Positions 21,579 to 34,344 of a stretch of DNA of 64,000 bases are shown piece by piece; within the stretch, counting starts at the first letter, position 1, and every line of letters begins with the position of its first letter. The position numbers were made by a program, and so were the translations under genes. The notes under the pieces were generated by a model. It was not told where the DNA came from. It saw nothing but the letters and a program-made list of their open reading frames with translations, and searched no databases. Source of the DNA: Squalus acanthias (taxonomy: Eukaryota); assembly GCA_030390025.1 (NCBI GenBank), contig CM059438.1, forward strand, positions 62,746,001 to 62,810,000, given 5' to 3'.

Positions 21579-23319
21579 TGAAGGGATAATTACAAGTCCT
21601 AGCCCTTTCGGACTACCCCAGATCAGGTGTATTCCCCAGACGTTTACCTTCAACTAAAGTTAGCGGTAGCCGGATCCCATAAGACGCTTAATTGGGTCTA
21701 AAGGTCAGACTACCTCTCCCTAAAGGAAAGAAACGGTCTAAAGATGTTACCGTCCTCCGGATAGTACTTTTAATAAGTTTAACTAGACTGTAACCTTCCG
21801 GATATTATGAGGGTCCGGAATACCCCCTAGAATTCTGCAACTCCTTTGAGTGTACAGAAATTGAGTTCGCAAGATGATACAGAAATACTCTGAGACAATT
21901 CTAACAATATATAGATTTATTAAAGAACTGACATTTAGTAAACAGCTGCTATGGCAATCGCAACATTAATCGTTCAAAATACAAATAGTTTACACTTCTT
22001 ATCAGAGATCCTTATTCTCAAATCTTAACTTCGTTACATTTCCATACTTCTACTTATTTCTTTATCCAGAATATCCTAAGTCAATCGCAACTTTAATAGT
22101 TCAAAATACAAATAGCTTACATTTTCTTATTCTCAGAGATCCTTATTCTCAAATCTTAACTTCGTTACATTTCCACACTTCTACTTATTTCTTAATCCAG
22201 AATATCCACCAAAATCAAATACCTTGATTTCCCGAGACTCAGAATTGTAAACTTACAGAGAGTATCTGTGAAGTTGAGAAACGTTTGTCTTCCCAGCGAC
22301 TTCTGACTTTCTATCTGAAAAGGTCGTATTTTTATATCTTTTTTTAGGTGGTTTATCCTTTGAAGTATTCCTGCTGATGTAAGCTAATTGTGTTTATTGA
22401 TATCTCTGTTGAATGCTTTCTGTCTTTACTGTCAATTTAGCCATTGCATGCATAATTATGTCTCTACCTTAGATGTTTCAAAAACCATCATAAAAAACAA
22501 TATGACAATAGTATCTATTTGATGTGATTCTTAGGAAGTCTTTCTATTGAATTTCTAATACTACTTTAACTGGTTATTATCAGGCGTTGTGACTCCGTGG
22601 TATTCCAAGTTCAATACAAGAACAATGTGATTGCTTGGTGTATCCATTGAAGTAATATTTTCAAAGTCGTCTTGTTTGTGTACCTTTTACAACTTGTAAA
22701 TACTTCATCTAGGGTGTTCCATACATTTCTTATTTACTTCAATTGTTTTTTATCAGACCTCGGGACTCCATATTTCAAGCTTAACATTAAAACTATTTGT
22801 TCAGCAGGCGTTTCTTTTACTTGATGTCATTTCTTCAAAGCCTTCTGTCGGTATCATATTTACAATATGTAAATTGAAAACACTTTAACTCAGTGTTTAC
22901 TTGTTTTCTAGCTATCTCAATTGGTTGCATATTTAATCGTGTTTCGTGTCTCATTTGATGTTATATTATGAAGGCTTATGGTTGTTTAATATTCTAAGTT
23001 TCTGTTTGCATCAGTGTTAGCTTTTGACACTTTAAACTGGGTGATTCCATTGTTTTTCTCCCAAACTCTAGACACTCTGGAAGCAAACCTTTGCTTTATC
23101 AATAGGGCTTGTTTCTTGGTCAATAACCCATTCCCATTTCAAAGCCTGTGGTGTTTTACAACTTGTGAATAACTGATCTTTATCTCAGAAGCCTGTATTG
23201 TGCCTACAGCCTGTGTCGCTGAGGCTTTCAAACTTTTAAACCCAGTTTGTCATTTATTAATAATTTCAGAAATCTGTTCTTAGTATCGTGTATTTTTCTG
23301 AATCCTGGCTATTCCTTCA
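21579..23319 (-). repeat. 5' LTR (1741 bp) of the foamy-like ERV
   Basis: Minus-strand ends TGAAGGAAT...ATCCCTTCA (inverted TGAAGG/CCTTCA). TATAAA at 22336-22331, splice donor GTAAGT at 22256-22251, AATAAA at 21921-21916. The upstream boundary rests on the inverted terminus only, as there is no second LTR. Confidence 0.75.
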
Positions 23320-23732
23320 CAGAAGCACATATTGGATGTTAAGGGTTTTTCTGATTTTTCGACCATTAACTAAATCAAACTAAATTATCTGGTCATTATC
23401 TCATTGCTGTTTGTGGGATCTTGCTGCGCTCAAATTAGCTGCCACGTTTCCTACATTACAACAGTGACTACACCTCAAAAGTCCTTCATTAGCTTTAAAA
23501 CGCTTTGGGATATCCTGAGGTCATGAAAGGCGCTATATAAATGCAAGTTATTTCTTTCTTTTCTTTTATAATGGCCAGAAAATCATATGCAGTGCACGCT
23601 ACAGGAAGCAAAAAACCAAAAAAAAATGCTGGAACCACTCAGCAAGTCAGGCAGCGTCGGTAGAGAGAACAGACAGGTTATCATTTCACAGCGGACTCTT
23701 CTTCAAAACATTACTTAAGTCTGACATTTAAT

Positions 23733-24190
23733 GTGTCGGCCTTGGCTCAATGGTAGCACTCTTGCCTCAACATCATAAGGCTGTGGTTTCATTTCCCACT
23801 CCAGAGACTTGAGCACTTAATCTAGGCTGACACTTCAGTGCAGGGCCGAGGGAGTGCAGCACTGTTGGAGGTACCATCTTTTGGATGAGATGTTAAACCG
23901 AAGCCCCATCTGCCCTCTCAGGTGGACGTAATAGATCCCCTAGCAGAACAGCAGGGGAGTTCTCCCAGCGTCCTGGCCAGCATTTATCCATCAACCAAAA
24001 TCACCATAAAACAGATTATCTGGTCAGTTATCTCATTCCTATTTGTGGAACCTTGCTGTGCACAAATCGATCGTCATATTTCCCTACTTTACAATAGTGA
24101 CTACACTGCAAAAGTACTTAATTAGCTGTGAAGCGCTTTAGGACATTCTGAGGTCATGAAAGGCGCTATAGAAATGCAAGTTCTTTCTTC
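23733..24190 (+). mobile_element. DeuSINE (preceded by a SINE 3' piece at ~23385-23560 and a Penelope end at ~23615-23700)
   Basis: tRNA head, Deu core and aaaggcgctatagaaatgcaag tail. Confidence 0.8.
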
Positions 24191-24448
24191 CAGTGGGCTG
24201 AAATGATAGAGCTCATCTCATAAGCTCGCATCATAAGGCCACAAAGTTGATGCAAAACTATATAAGTGAACACTGCTCACTGGGATTTGTGTTGGGTTTG
24301 CTTGCTTTCCATTGTGCACCATTTTGAATGGGTGCATGAGAAACTTTGTGGTGCCGATTTTCAGCCGGTGAAATTGGCATTATCGGGGCAGTGAGGGCCT
24401 AAAAATGGGGTCACCTCTTTGACGAAGCTTTTGGTTACCCTTCCTAAT

Positions 24449-25156
24449 GGCCCGGATTTTCCGGTACGTGGTGTGTACGCGCCTGTAAGGGCCCCCCCAC
24501 GTTCCGGGTTATCGCGCACGAAGAGCATGCGCGAAAACCCGGAACTTGCGATCTGAAAAGGGCATCCGCGGGCAGAGAGTTGGGCTATTTGTCCAGCGAA
24601 TGCCCGTGAAATTCTTATGCCTGGTAAAAGCAGGCGTGAGGCCTGCTTTTACCAGCGTAAGAGTTTAAATGAATATAAAAATAATTTTTTTCAATTATTT
24701 AAACATTAAAACGCCTGTAAAATAAGTTAAGGTTATTTTTAGCCCCTTTAAAACATTTAAATTTATTTTTCAAAAAATTAAATTTTTGTTTTAAATGTTT
24801 AATTAAATTGTATTTTAATTAATTTTAAATATGTAATTTAAAAAAAAAAATTATTTGCTATGTGAATGTGTTTTTTATGTGATTCCCATTCGTGCTTATG
24901 AGAGTTCCGTACGTACGGAATCTCTATCAGTATGAATGGGGATCCCCTTCTTTCATTGGTTGGGCCGGCCCACGTGTTCCCAGGGGCGCTTGCGAACTGC
25001 CTGCACCCCGGGATACGTGGGCCTCTACACATGTCTAAGCATAGAGGCCCAGGAGCGCGAGTCTCCGTGGATCCCAAGGCAGAAGGTAGGCACGGATTTT
25101 ATTTGCAGATTGGAGGCATTTCCCCACGGGAAGCCTCCGACCGCAAATTCAGGCCC
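24449..25156. mobile_element. Harbinger-type MITE
   Basis: Imperfect TIRs GGCCCGGATTTTCCGG / GGGCCTGAATTTGCGG, AAT on both flanks, GC-rich ends with an AT-rich centre. Confidence 0.7.
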
Positions 25157-25676
25157 AATATCCTCTTTGGCTCGGCGACTGTTTCCCTTACATCTTGGGT
25201 AAGCACCTTGGGATTTTTTTTCTCCCCGAAAGGCGCTATATAAATGCAATTTATTGCTGATTGCTTCTTCGTTTCCAACCTGAAGCTTTTGGGCTATGGC
25301 AAGACTTTTATTTCACTTTCCATCTTGACTGTGTGCTCTGCTGTGGTACGGGGCTGCATGAGATGTAATGAAAGGGCTGTAAGGTTGTATCAAGGCTTGG
25401 GATGGGAAAGCAGTAAAGGTGGAATAGGATGACAGGCCACACTTTGTGCCATGTGCCATCTATCTGGTACGTGGTACTATTGCTTAGCCTTACCATGCCA
25501 AATTCCAAAAAGTGTGCTATCCTCTCCCACATCTGTTGCCAGGTACTGCAGGTAATGCAGAGAGTGTTCAGTCAGGCTGCCACCACCTGCCAGGCACTGC
25601 TGACCTCTGGGGACAGTACCCTGGGGAACCAATCAGGGAAAGCCTCCCCTCCCCCTCCACCCCAAACGCACACAAA

Positions 25677-27577
25677 GGGTTGGATTTTGCTCACCTCGGC
25701 GGGTCCAGGGCGGGCGACGTCGATGGCAGGTCCCGGCCCTGCTGCTGGCTGCATCCCGCTCTGGAAAATGATTTTACATTGATGGGGCTTGTTAAGCGTT
25801 TGCCGGTCCAATTAGAGGAAGCGAGTCTGGTGATGTCATTCATGACCATAAAGGGACCATGGCCAACTTTCTTTTGACATTTGTGCTGTCAGTGTTCTAC
25901 AGCATTAAAGTGCTGCAAACACTGACAATCACTGCACAGAGGTGCACGGCTGCACCCAGGCTCTCCCATGACTCCCTCCATATGCTTATGGAGGGAGTCA
26001 GAGCATGCAGGGAGGTTCTCTTCCCTTCCGATGGGCGGAAGAAACCTCCCCAGGACACCAACACAGCCTGGTTGCACATTGCACAGGAGAGCACAAGCAG
26101 GGATGTCGTCAGGAGGACCTGGGTGCAGTAGCGCAAACCTTTCAATGATTTCATTAGATCACGAAATGTTAGTACAAAGCCACATTCACCTTCATCCTGT
26201 TGTGCCTCTCATCAAATCCCCATCCCCATTCCCTACCCTACCCCTGCAAATCCTTACTCACGCCAACTTACCTTGCACCTCCACCCATCCCTCTCTATCT
26301 ACATTATCACATCCCCATCTCACTAGCCACCCCTCACACTCACCCTCATCCTAGTCCAATCATACCAACTAACAGCACACAAGGGTATCCACTTGGGTGT
26401 TTTAACCAATGTTCATGTGAAGTTTCTGTTAATGTGCTGTCAAACATTAAACCTTTATTTTCAACACTTTGCGTTCTTGGACAGATTTGTGTGCACCTTT
26501 GGAAGTGGCTTAGTGAGTTGCAGTGAATGGTGAAACATGAGCCTCCTCCCACCCCTCTTCATCTAACCCTAAGAGTATTTCCTTCTATTCCTTTCTCCCT
26601 TATGTGCTTATATCGCTTCCCCTTAAATGCATCTGTGACTATTATATAATACTTTACATTAATCTGTGCTAAATGCATTTGGCGTTTGAATATCCACGTG
26701 CAGAGCTGAACTAAATTTATTGCAATGGTGATGAGTGTGCAAGGAATGGCTTGGACATTGTAGGGATGCTTTATGGTGTTGGTGTGGGGTGGTGCCAACC
26801 TGGTGCATCATGTGGCAGCCAGGGTGCAAGCATCAAGTGAAGTAAATCTTGCCATGGTGCGGCCATCCCTGGCCTCCCGGGCAGCAATGTGCTCAGGTGC
26901 TGATGCCCTCTGTCCTGTGCAGCATCAGGTGATTGCGGAGAAGGTTGGTGTTGTTGTTGGTGCTGCTGGTGTGCCTGATGCTGCTGGTGTTGGGGCCGAT
27001 CGTGGTCGGATTCTGAGGACCAAGGTGAGACAGTATAAAGGGCACCCATGTTGATGGAATAGATGGCAGGTAACGTAGAGATGACGGAAGCATTCTGTCA
27101 ATGGTGAGAGAGTTCTTCCAATGAGGTAAGAGTGAATGGAAAGTGGAAAGCCTGCAGAATCTGTGCTGGAAATGGACTGAGAAACAGCTTGTGGCTGAGG
27201 AAAGTGATGATCTGTCAGGTGGGAGCTTTTACTGTACATTTGAAGCTGTCAAGGAATCAGCTGGAGCAATGGCCACTGAACTCCCGCCTCGGGTTGACTG
27301 CCGTGGTCCCCGAACAGCGTGGTTCCCGTGGCCATGAAGTTAAAGTGAAAAGGTAAGTGAAAAAAGCCTGTTAATGATCTGTCAACTAGATGGTAAGGAG
27401 TTTAATTGGGTCGCCCGCCACTGCCCGTCGGGTCTGCTCAGCGCTGACAGACCCGACATTGGGAAAGGTGTGTTGTGGCGGGTTGACAGCGGGATCCCGA
27501 CCCGCTGTCAGTAAAAACACCTTCTCACCCGACCCGCCACCGATCCCGCCCGTTGACCCCCCTGGAAAATTCCGGCC
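25677..27577. mobile_element. Internally deleted, degenerate Harbinger (Myb/SANT remnant on +, possible transposase 5' remnant on -)
   Basis: TIR-like GGGTTGGATTTTGC / GGCCGGAATTTTCC. 25935-26170 reads AAPRLSHDSLHMLMEGVRACREVLFPSDGRKKP..AWLHIAQE..RRTWVQ*RKPFND, homologous to Myb exon 1 at 8995-9231. CR1 scrap at ~26553-26635. Confidence 0.75.
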
Positions 27578-28061
27578 ATAGTCTTTGGAAACACACACAC
27601 AAAAAAAATGTTCCTATTCCTTTAAGCCTTGCCAAAGGTTCGAGTCATTTTTGTTCCCCCTCCATTGTGGCCACTTATATTTTAAGGGCTGTATGCTCCT
27701 AATTCTGCAAGCCTCAACGCTGAACCATCCCCGTGCAAAGCTCAAGGTGCACAGGGACCATATTGAAATGAATTCATCCTGAATGCGGCAGAGCCAGATG
27801 GCCAATCCATTTGCATGGGAGAACACAGGAGTGCCCTGAGTGTGGCTGATTTTTCTCTGCATTTAGGGAACTGGCCCATATATTTTACAATGTACTACAA
27901 ATGGTTACAGTGGTTGCTGTTACTTGTTTTATTTTGAGAATTTCATATGGAAATTATTTATATGAACAGGTGGACAGTGAGGAGCTGAATCCCCAAGTTA
28001 CATTTAGTGATTTATGTATATAACTTTGTATTGAATCTGCAGTGTCCAAGTAAAACACAAT

Positions 28062-28836
28062 GGGCCAGATTTTGCTGTGGCAGGGCATCTAACGGTGTCT
28101 GCCGTTGGTTAGACTTGCCCTTGGAAGTTTAGGTTTTTACACTTTTTGCGTGGCAAGTTGCTGAAAGTGCGAGCTGACAATGTCGCAGCGAGGGAAACAG
28201 GGCATCTGGGACCCAAGTGAACAGGGTCTCACCTGTGAATCTCCTTAACCAATCAGATTGAAGGATTGTGAAATTCACAGCGCAAGGACTGAGAAGGAAG
28301 TGTAAATTAGAGTGGATGAATTCAATGTCAAATCAGGTACAGAAAGAGAGGGAAAAAAAGATTGATTGAGAGAGAAAAAAAGAGACAGAGAGGAAAAGTT
28401 AAAAAAAATTTAAATATTAACTTAACACTTTAAAAATCTCCAACAACAATTAAAACCTGAAGGAATGAGACTCCACACTTGTAATAGTTATTTTTCAGTG
28501 CCGGAGCAGTTGTTTGGCAGTAATTAACACTTATCATGTCGTTAAAAGGGGACTTAGACTTGGAATGACAAGACTTAATTTTCTGTGGTGAGTTTATTTT
28601 GTATGTACCGTGCAAATACAACAACTTTATTCCATTCAATGCATGTCAATGGTGAAGCAGATTGCAAGATGTCGGTTTCGCAAAGTTAACGTTCGCAGTG
28701 CAATTCGGACAGCAATGTTTGGATATTTGTGTTTCACCGCACGTCTGCCCCTCGCCTGAAGTTGCTGTACCATTTGCACATAAATAATGGCGAGCGCCTT
28801 TAGCCTCACCGTTATGTTGAGAGCAAAATCTGGCCC
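28062..28836. mobile_element. Harbinger-type MITE, related to the element at 1478-9966
   Basis: Perfect 15-bp TIR GGGCCAGATTTTGCT / AGCAAAATCTGGCCC; non-coding interior. Confidence 0.85.
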
Positions 28837-29139
28837 TTTATTTTCTAGGATACAATCAAAAACAGTGTATGGGAGGTGTGCTAATATACATACTCTCTCT
28901 TTCGCTCTCCATATATACGGCTTGCATGTGTGTGTCACACTTCAAAGTTAGAAAGTACAAAAAAGAGACTAAAGGAATAATTTCTTGCTTGTTTCTTCTG
29001 ACATAGAGCTGGAAGTTTACAAGTGGCCACAATGGAGGGGGAACAAAAATGACTCCAGCCTTTGAAGTTTTACTAGCCATCTGCTAATTTGCAAACTTTT
29101 CTCACCAAATAACAAATAAAGTCTAATTAATCTCAGGTT

Positions 29140-29552
29140 CACCAACACCTCGGTTTTAAAATCCTCACCCTTGTGTTCAAATCCCTACATGGCCTCACCA
29201 CTCTTTATCTCTGCAACCTCCTTCAGCCCTGCAACCCTCCGAGAACTTTGCGTTCCTCCAACTCTGGCCTCTTGCGCATCCCCCACTTCCTTCCCCCCAC
29301 CATTGGCGGCCGTGCCTTCAGCTGTCTAAGCCCCAAGCTCTGGAATTCCCTCCCCAAACTTCTTCGCCTCGCCATTTCTCTCTCCTGCTTTAGGACACTG
29401 CTTAAAACTTACCTCTTTGTCCAAATTTTTGATCACCTGTCCGAATGTCTCCTTCTTTGGCTCGGTGCCAGTTTTGCCTGATTACACTCCTGTGAAGTGT
29501 CTTGGGGTGCTTTACTACATTAAAGGCGCTATATAAATGCAAGTTGTTGTGG
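29140..29552 (+). mobile_element. L2 LINE 3' end
   Basis: FKSLHGLTTLYLCNLLQP...GGRAFSCLSPKLWNSLP; tail aaaggcgctatataaatgcaagttgttg. Confidence 0.85.
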
Positions 29553-29966
29553 TGATTTATAACATTTCAATTTTGTGCCCTTAAAGAGACACGCCTGATA
29601 CATAGCACCACTTTGACAGCAAGATAATTCCTTATGCATTATATGGTATAGCACTCATGTCATATTAAAACAATATTAACATCTGACTTGTTGTAATCTG
29701 CTCGTATAGAAAGATTGTGTGGCAAGTCTAATTATGAGAGTGAGCATTTAATCCCACCATGTAAGGAGCAGCGGCAGCATGATTGATGGATTAGAATGAA
29801 AGCAACACCAAGTTCACAAGATAAATACAGACAAAATGATTTGGCCCAGCTTAGCTCATCCATCCAGACAGAACCTGCAACCCTCCATCACAGCATCGGC
29901 CAGCTGCTTCTTAAATGATTCCAGGGGTTTTGCCTCCACTACCATAGTGGATGTCCATTCCACATG

Positions 29967-31662
29967 TCTTTAAGTTCCTCATTCTCGCCACAATCAAGGG
30001 TGTGGCGAGAATGAGGAACTTAAAGAAATTATTATTAGTAAAAAAACAGTACTAGCAAAATTAATGGGACTAAAAGTCGATAAATCCCAAGGACCGGATG
30101 ACCTACATCCTAGGGTTTTGAAAGAGGTGGCCATTGGGATAGTGGACGCATTGGTTGTCCTCTTCCAAAATTCTATAGATTCTGGAATGGTTCCTGCAGA
30201 TTGGAGGATAGCAAATGTAACCCCACTATTTAAGAAAGGAGGGAGAGAGAAAACGGGGAACTACAGACCTGTTAACCTCACATCAGTAGTTGGGAAAATG
30301 CTGGAATCTATTATAAAGGATGCAATAACTGGGCACTTAGAAACTAATAGTAAGATTGGGCAGAGTCAACATGGATTTATGAAAGGGAAATCCTGTTTAA
30401 CAAACCTATTGGAGTTCTTTGAGGATGTAACTAGTGGAGTAGACAAAGGGGAACCGGTAGATGTGGTGTATTTGGATTTTCAGAAGGCCTTCGATAAGGT
30501 CCCACACAAGAGGTTGGTGAACAAAATTAGGGCACATGGAATTGGGGGTAATATACTAGCATGGATTGAGAATTGGTTAACAGACAGAAAACAAAGAGTA
30601 GGGATAAACGGGTCTTTTTTAGGATGGCAGGCTGTGACTAGTGGGGTACCGCAAGGATCGGTGCTTGGGCCCCAGCTTTCACAATCTATATCAATGATTT
30701 GGATGAGGGGACTAAATGTAACATTTCCAAATTTGCTGATGATACAAAGCTAGGTGGCAGTGTCAGTTGTGAAGAGGATGTGAAGAGGCTTCAAGGGGAT
30801 TTCGACAGGCTCAGTGAGTGGACAAGAACATGGCAGATGGAATATAATGTGGATAAATGTGAAGTTATCCACTTTGGTAGAAAAAACAGAAAGGCAGAGT
30901 ATTTCCTAAATGGTGAAAGATTGGGGAATGCAGATGCTCAAAGGGACCTGGGTGTCCTTGTACATGAGTCACTGAAAGTGAATGTGCAGGTGCAGCAAGC
31001 CATTAGGAAGGCAAATGGTATGCTGGCCTTCATTCCAAGAGGATTTGAGTACAGGAGTAAAGAAGTCTTACTCCAATTATATAGGGCCTTGGTGAGACCA
31101 CACCTGGAGTACTGTGTACAATTTTGGTCTCCTTACCTAAGGAAGGATATACTTGCCATAGAGGGAGTGCAACGAAGGTTCACGAGATTGATTCCTGGGA
31201 TGGCGGGACTGTCGCATGAGAAGAGATTGAGTAAGCTAGGCCTGTATTCTCTTGAATTCAGAAGAATGAGAGGGGATCTCATTGAAGCATACAAAATTAT
31301 TACAGGGCTTGATAGGATGGATGCTGGGAGAATGTTTCCCTTAGCTGGGGAGTCTAGAACCAGGGGCCACAGCCTCAAGATAAAGGGTAGGCCATTCAGG
31401 ACTGAGATGAGAAGAAATTTCTTCACACAGAGGGTGTTGAATCTTTGGCATTCTGTACCCCAGAGGGCTGTGGAGGCTCAGTCATTGGGTATATTCAAAA
31501 CAGAAGTCGATAGATTTCTGACTAGTAAGGGCATCAAGGGATATGGCGATAGGGTCGGTGAATGGAGTTGAGGCAGAAGATCAGCCATGATCTCATTGAA
31601 TGACGGAGCAGGCTCGAAGGGCCGAATGGCCTACTCCTGCTCCTATTTCTTATGTTCTTATG
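29967..31662 (+). mobile_element. Young 5'-truncated CR1 (HER1-like) with near-intact RT; one frameshift at ~30678; 26-bp 5' inversion
   Basis: ORFs 30064-30753 and 30699-31571: QHGFMKGKSCLTNL, YLDFQKAFDKV, GVPQGSVLGP and ISKFADDTKL. (TTCTTATG)n 3' end. Confidence 0.93.
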
Positions 31663-32224
31663 ATCATTCAGCAGAACTTCCTAGCATCCAATCTAAGTTT
31701 GCCTCTTACTAGTTGAACCCTATTCCTCCTTTATGGTACTCCCGTGGTTTAATTTAAAAATGTTTTCTGTATTTGCTCTTCTTTTTTTATACTGCTTACT
31801 GTTTTACATGAGGTCGCCTCCCAACTGTTTCCTTTCAAGGGTGAACATCCCAAGTTTCTCTTGTCGTTCCTTAAAATGCAACCCTTTGATGCTAGGGATT
31901 AGTATTCTCACTGGGGTAAAGCTATCAGTTTCAATTCAATTCAACAACTTTTCATCTCTTAAAAATATGTGGATTGAAATTTCAATAATAATGACGAATG
32001 TTATACATAAATAAAACTAGGCTTTGCGTTGAGAGGGGTTATTCTGAGTTTAAGAAGTGCAGCATTTAATATGCTTCTTCTATTGCTGCAGTTTGGTGTC
32101 TCAGCCATTGTGTGGCGCTCTTTTTACTCTGCTCTCAGCACTATTCTACAAGTGACAAGACCTTCCAGGAGAATGGTTGAAGTTAGACTGAAAAAAAGAG
32201 AAGCAAGAAAATTGACAGACACAA

Positions 32225-33617
32225 ATCAAAGTCGCAATTGATATCCTCTGTGACTGTGACAGTAGTGCACTTTCCTTCGTCATCCATCTCGACCTCTCTG
32301 TGGACATTGACATGGTCGAGCACACCATCCTCCTCCGTTGCCCAGCTGGGTGGGACTGCCCTCGCCTGGTTCCACTCTTATCTCTCCAGTCGTAGCCAGA
32401 GAATCTCCTGCAATGACTTCTATTCCCGCCCCAGCACCGTTAACTTTGGATTCCCCAAGGATCTATCCCTGGCCCCCTCCTATTTCTCATCTACATAGAT
32501 TCATAGAATGATACAGAACAGAAGGAGGACATTCGGCCCATCGTGCCTGTGCTGACTCCTTGAAAGAGTGATCCAATTAGTCCCATTCCCCTGCCCTTTC
32601 CCTATAGCCCTGCAAATATTTCCCCTTCAAGTAGTTATCCAATTCCCTTGGCGCTATCATCCGAAGACATGACGTCAGGTTCCACATGTACGTTGATGAC
32701 ATCCAGCTCTACCTCACCACCTACCTCTCTCGACCTCTCCACTGCCTCTTTGTTGTTAGACTGCTTGTCCGACATCCAATCCTGATGAGCCGTAATTTCC
32801 TCCAATTAAACATTGAGTAGATGGAAGGCTCCCACCATAAGCTTTGTTCCCTCACCACTGATTCGATCCCCCTCCCTGGCCACTGCCTCAGGCTGAACCA
32901 GACTGTTCGCAACCTTGGCGTCCTATTTGACCCTGAGATGAGCTTCTGATCCCATATGCTATCCATCACAAAGACCGTCTACTTCCACTTCCATAACATC
33001 CCCTGTCTCTACCCCTGCCTCAGCTTATCGACTGCTGAAACCCTTATCCATCTTTTTGTTACCTCGAGACTCGACTATTCCGATGCTCTCCTGGCCGGCC
33101 TCCCATCTTCCATCCTTCAGAAACTTGAGCTCATCCAAAGCTCTGCTGTCCATATCCTAACTCGCACCACATCCCCCACACCCATCACCCCTGTGCTCGC
33201 CAACCTACATTGGCTCTTGGTCCACCAATGCCTCTATTTTAAAATTTTCTTCATCATGTTCAAATCCCTCCATGGCCTCATCCTTCCCTAACTCTGTAAC
33301 CTCCTCCAGCCCTACAACCTTCCAAGAACTCTGCATTCCTCCAACTCTTGTGCATCCCCCACTCCCTTCGCCCCACCTTCGACCGCTGTGCCTTAAGGCC
33401 CTAAGCTCTGGAATTCCCTCCGTAAATCTCTCCGCCTCGCCACCTCTCTCCTCCATTAAGACGCTCATTAAAAGCCACCTCTTTCACCAAACCTTTAGTC
33501 ACTCATTCTAATATCTCCTTCTTCGGTTCAGTGTCAATTTTTGTTTGATTACACTCATGTGGAGCTCCTTGGGACTTCTTCCTACGTTAAGGACGCTATA
33601 TAAATACAAGTTGTTGT
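32225..33617 (+). mobile_element. Degenerate L2 RT and 3' end with a nested CR1 tail (~32493-32650, -)
   Basis: LGGTALAWFHSYLS, YVDDIQLYL, FVTSRLDYSDALLAGLP and LHWL; L2 tail. Confidence 0.85.
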
Positions 33618-34344
33618 GTAGTTCCCTGCTGGGAGCGCGACGGTGAATTTACCCTATGATGTAACTTTATTCGTTAACTGATGAAGATATACAAATAACA
33701 AAAGGTGTGCAATGAGGCAACAATCTTGTGCAAAGCTTTGTCCTGTGAAATTTCTGTTGAATAATCAGAAAGGTGAACAATTGGAGTGTAGACAATGATG
33801 GTCCCATTGTTTTGGAGCACTTAAACAGATGGGGTATAACCGGGACTAAAAGAAAGCTAAGTGACTGGGTGACATTATTTGTGGGGGAGGAATCAACACC
33901 TTTATTGTTGGTCTAAGCCCTCCCCCTCCCAAATCTTTTTTTGAACCTTTATCCGTGCATTTCCCTTTGTTTTAATCTGTTGTTGCTTGAGATTTAGGCG
34001 AAAGCTCAGGGAACACTGATGTGTGCGTGCGTGGGTGAAGGAGAGTAACAAAGCAGATGCAAGAAGACAACAAACTTCTTTTTTAAGCTATCACATTAAT
34101 TGTGTAAGACAGGAAGAGTGCAGGACTGAGATAGAACCATCCCGCTCACACTGGCATTCAGGAAGGGATGGGAGCATATTGTCAAATTATTTTCCAATCC
34201 CAAACCATGTCCCTTTACTCTTTTCTAAATCGGGAATCCATCCAATTCCTTTTTGAATGCTTCAACAGTACCAGGATTGATTGCACTAAAGTGGCAGGTC
34301 TATTCCATAAGCCAACAGCCCTAAATGAGTTATTGGTTCAAAAG

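Larger units (their letters stand above)
18956..23319 (-). mobile_element. Defective endogenous foamy-like retrovirus (spumaretrovirus): 5' LTR - PBS - gag - partial pol
   Basis: Long LTR with TG...CA ends, Lys1,2-type PBS, foamy-type Gag capsid region, and foamy-type RNase H and integrase N-terminal extension. Truncated before the integrase core. Confidence 0.9.
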
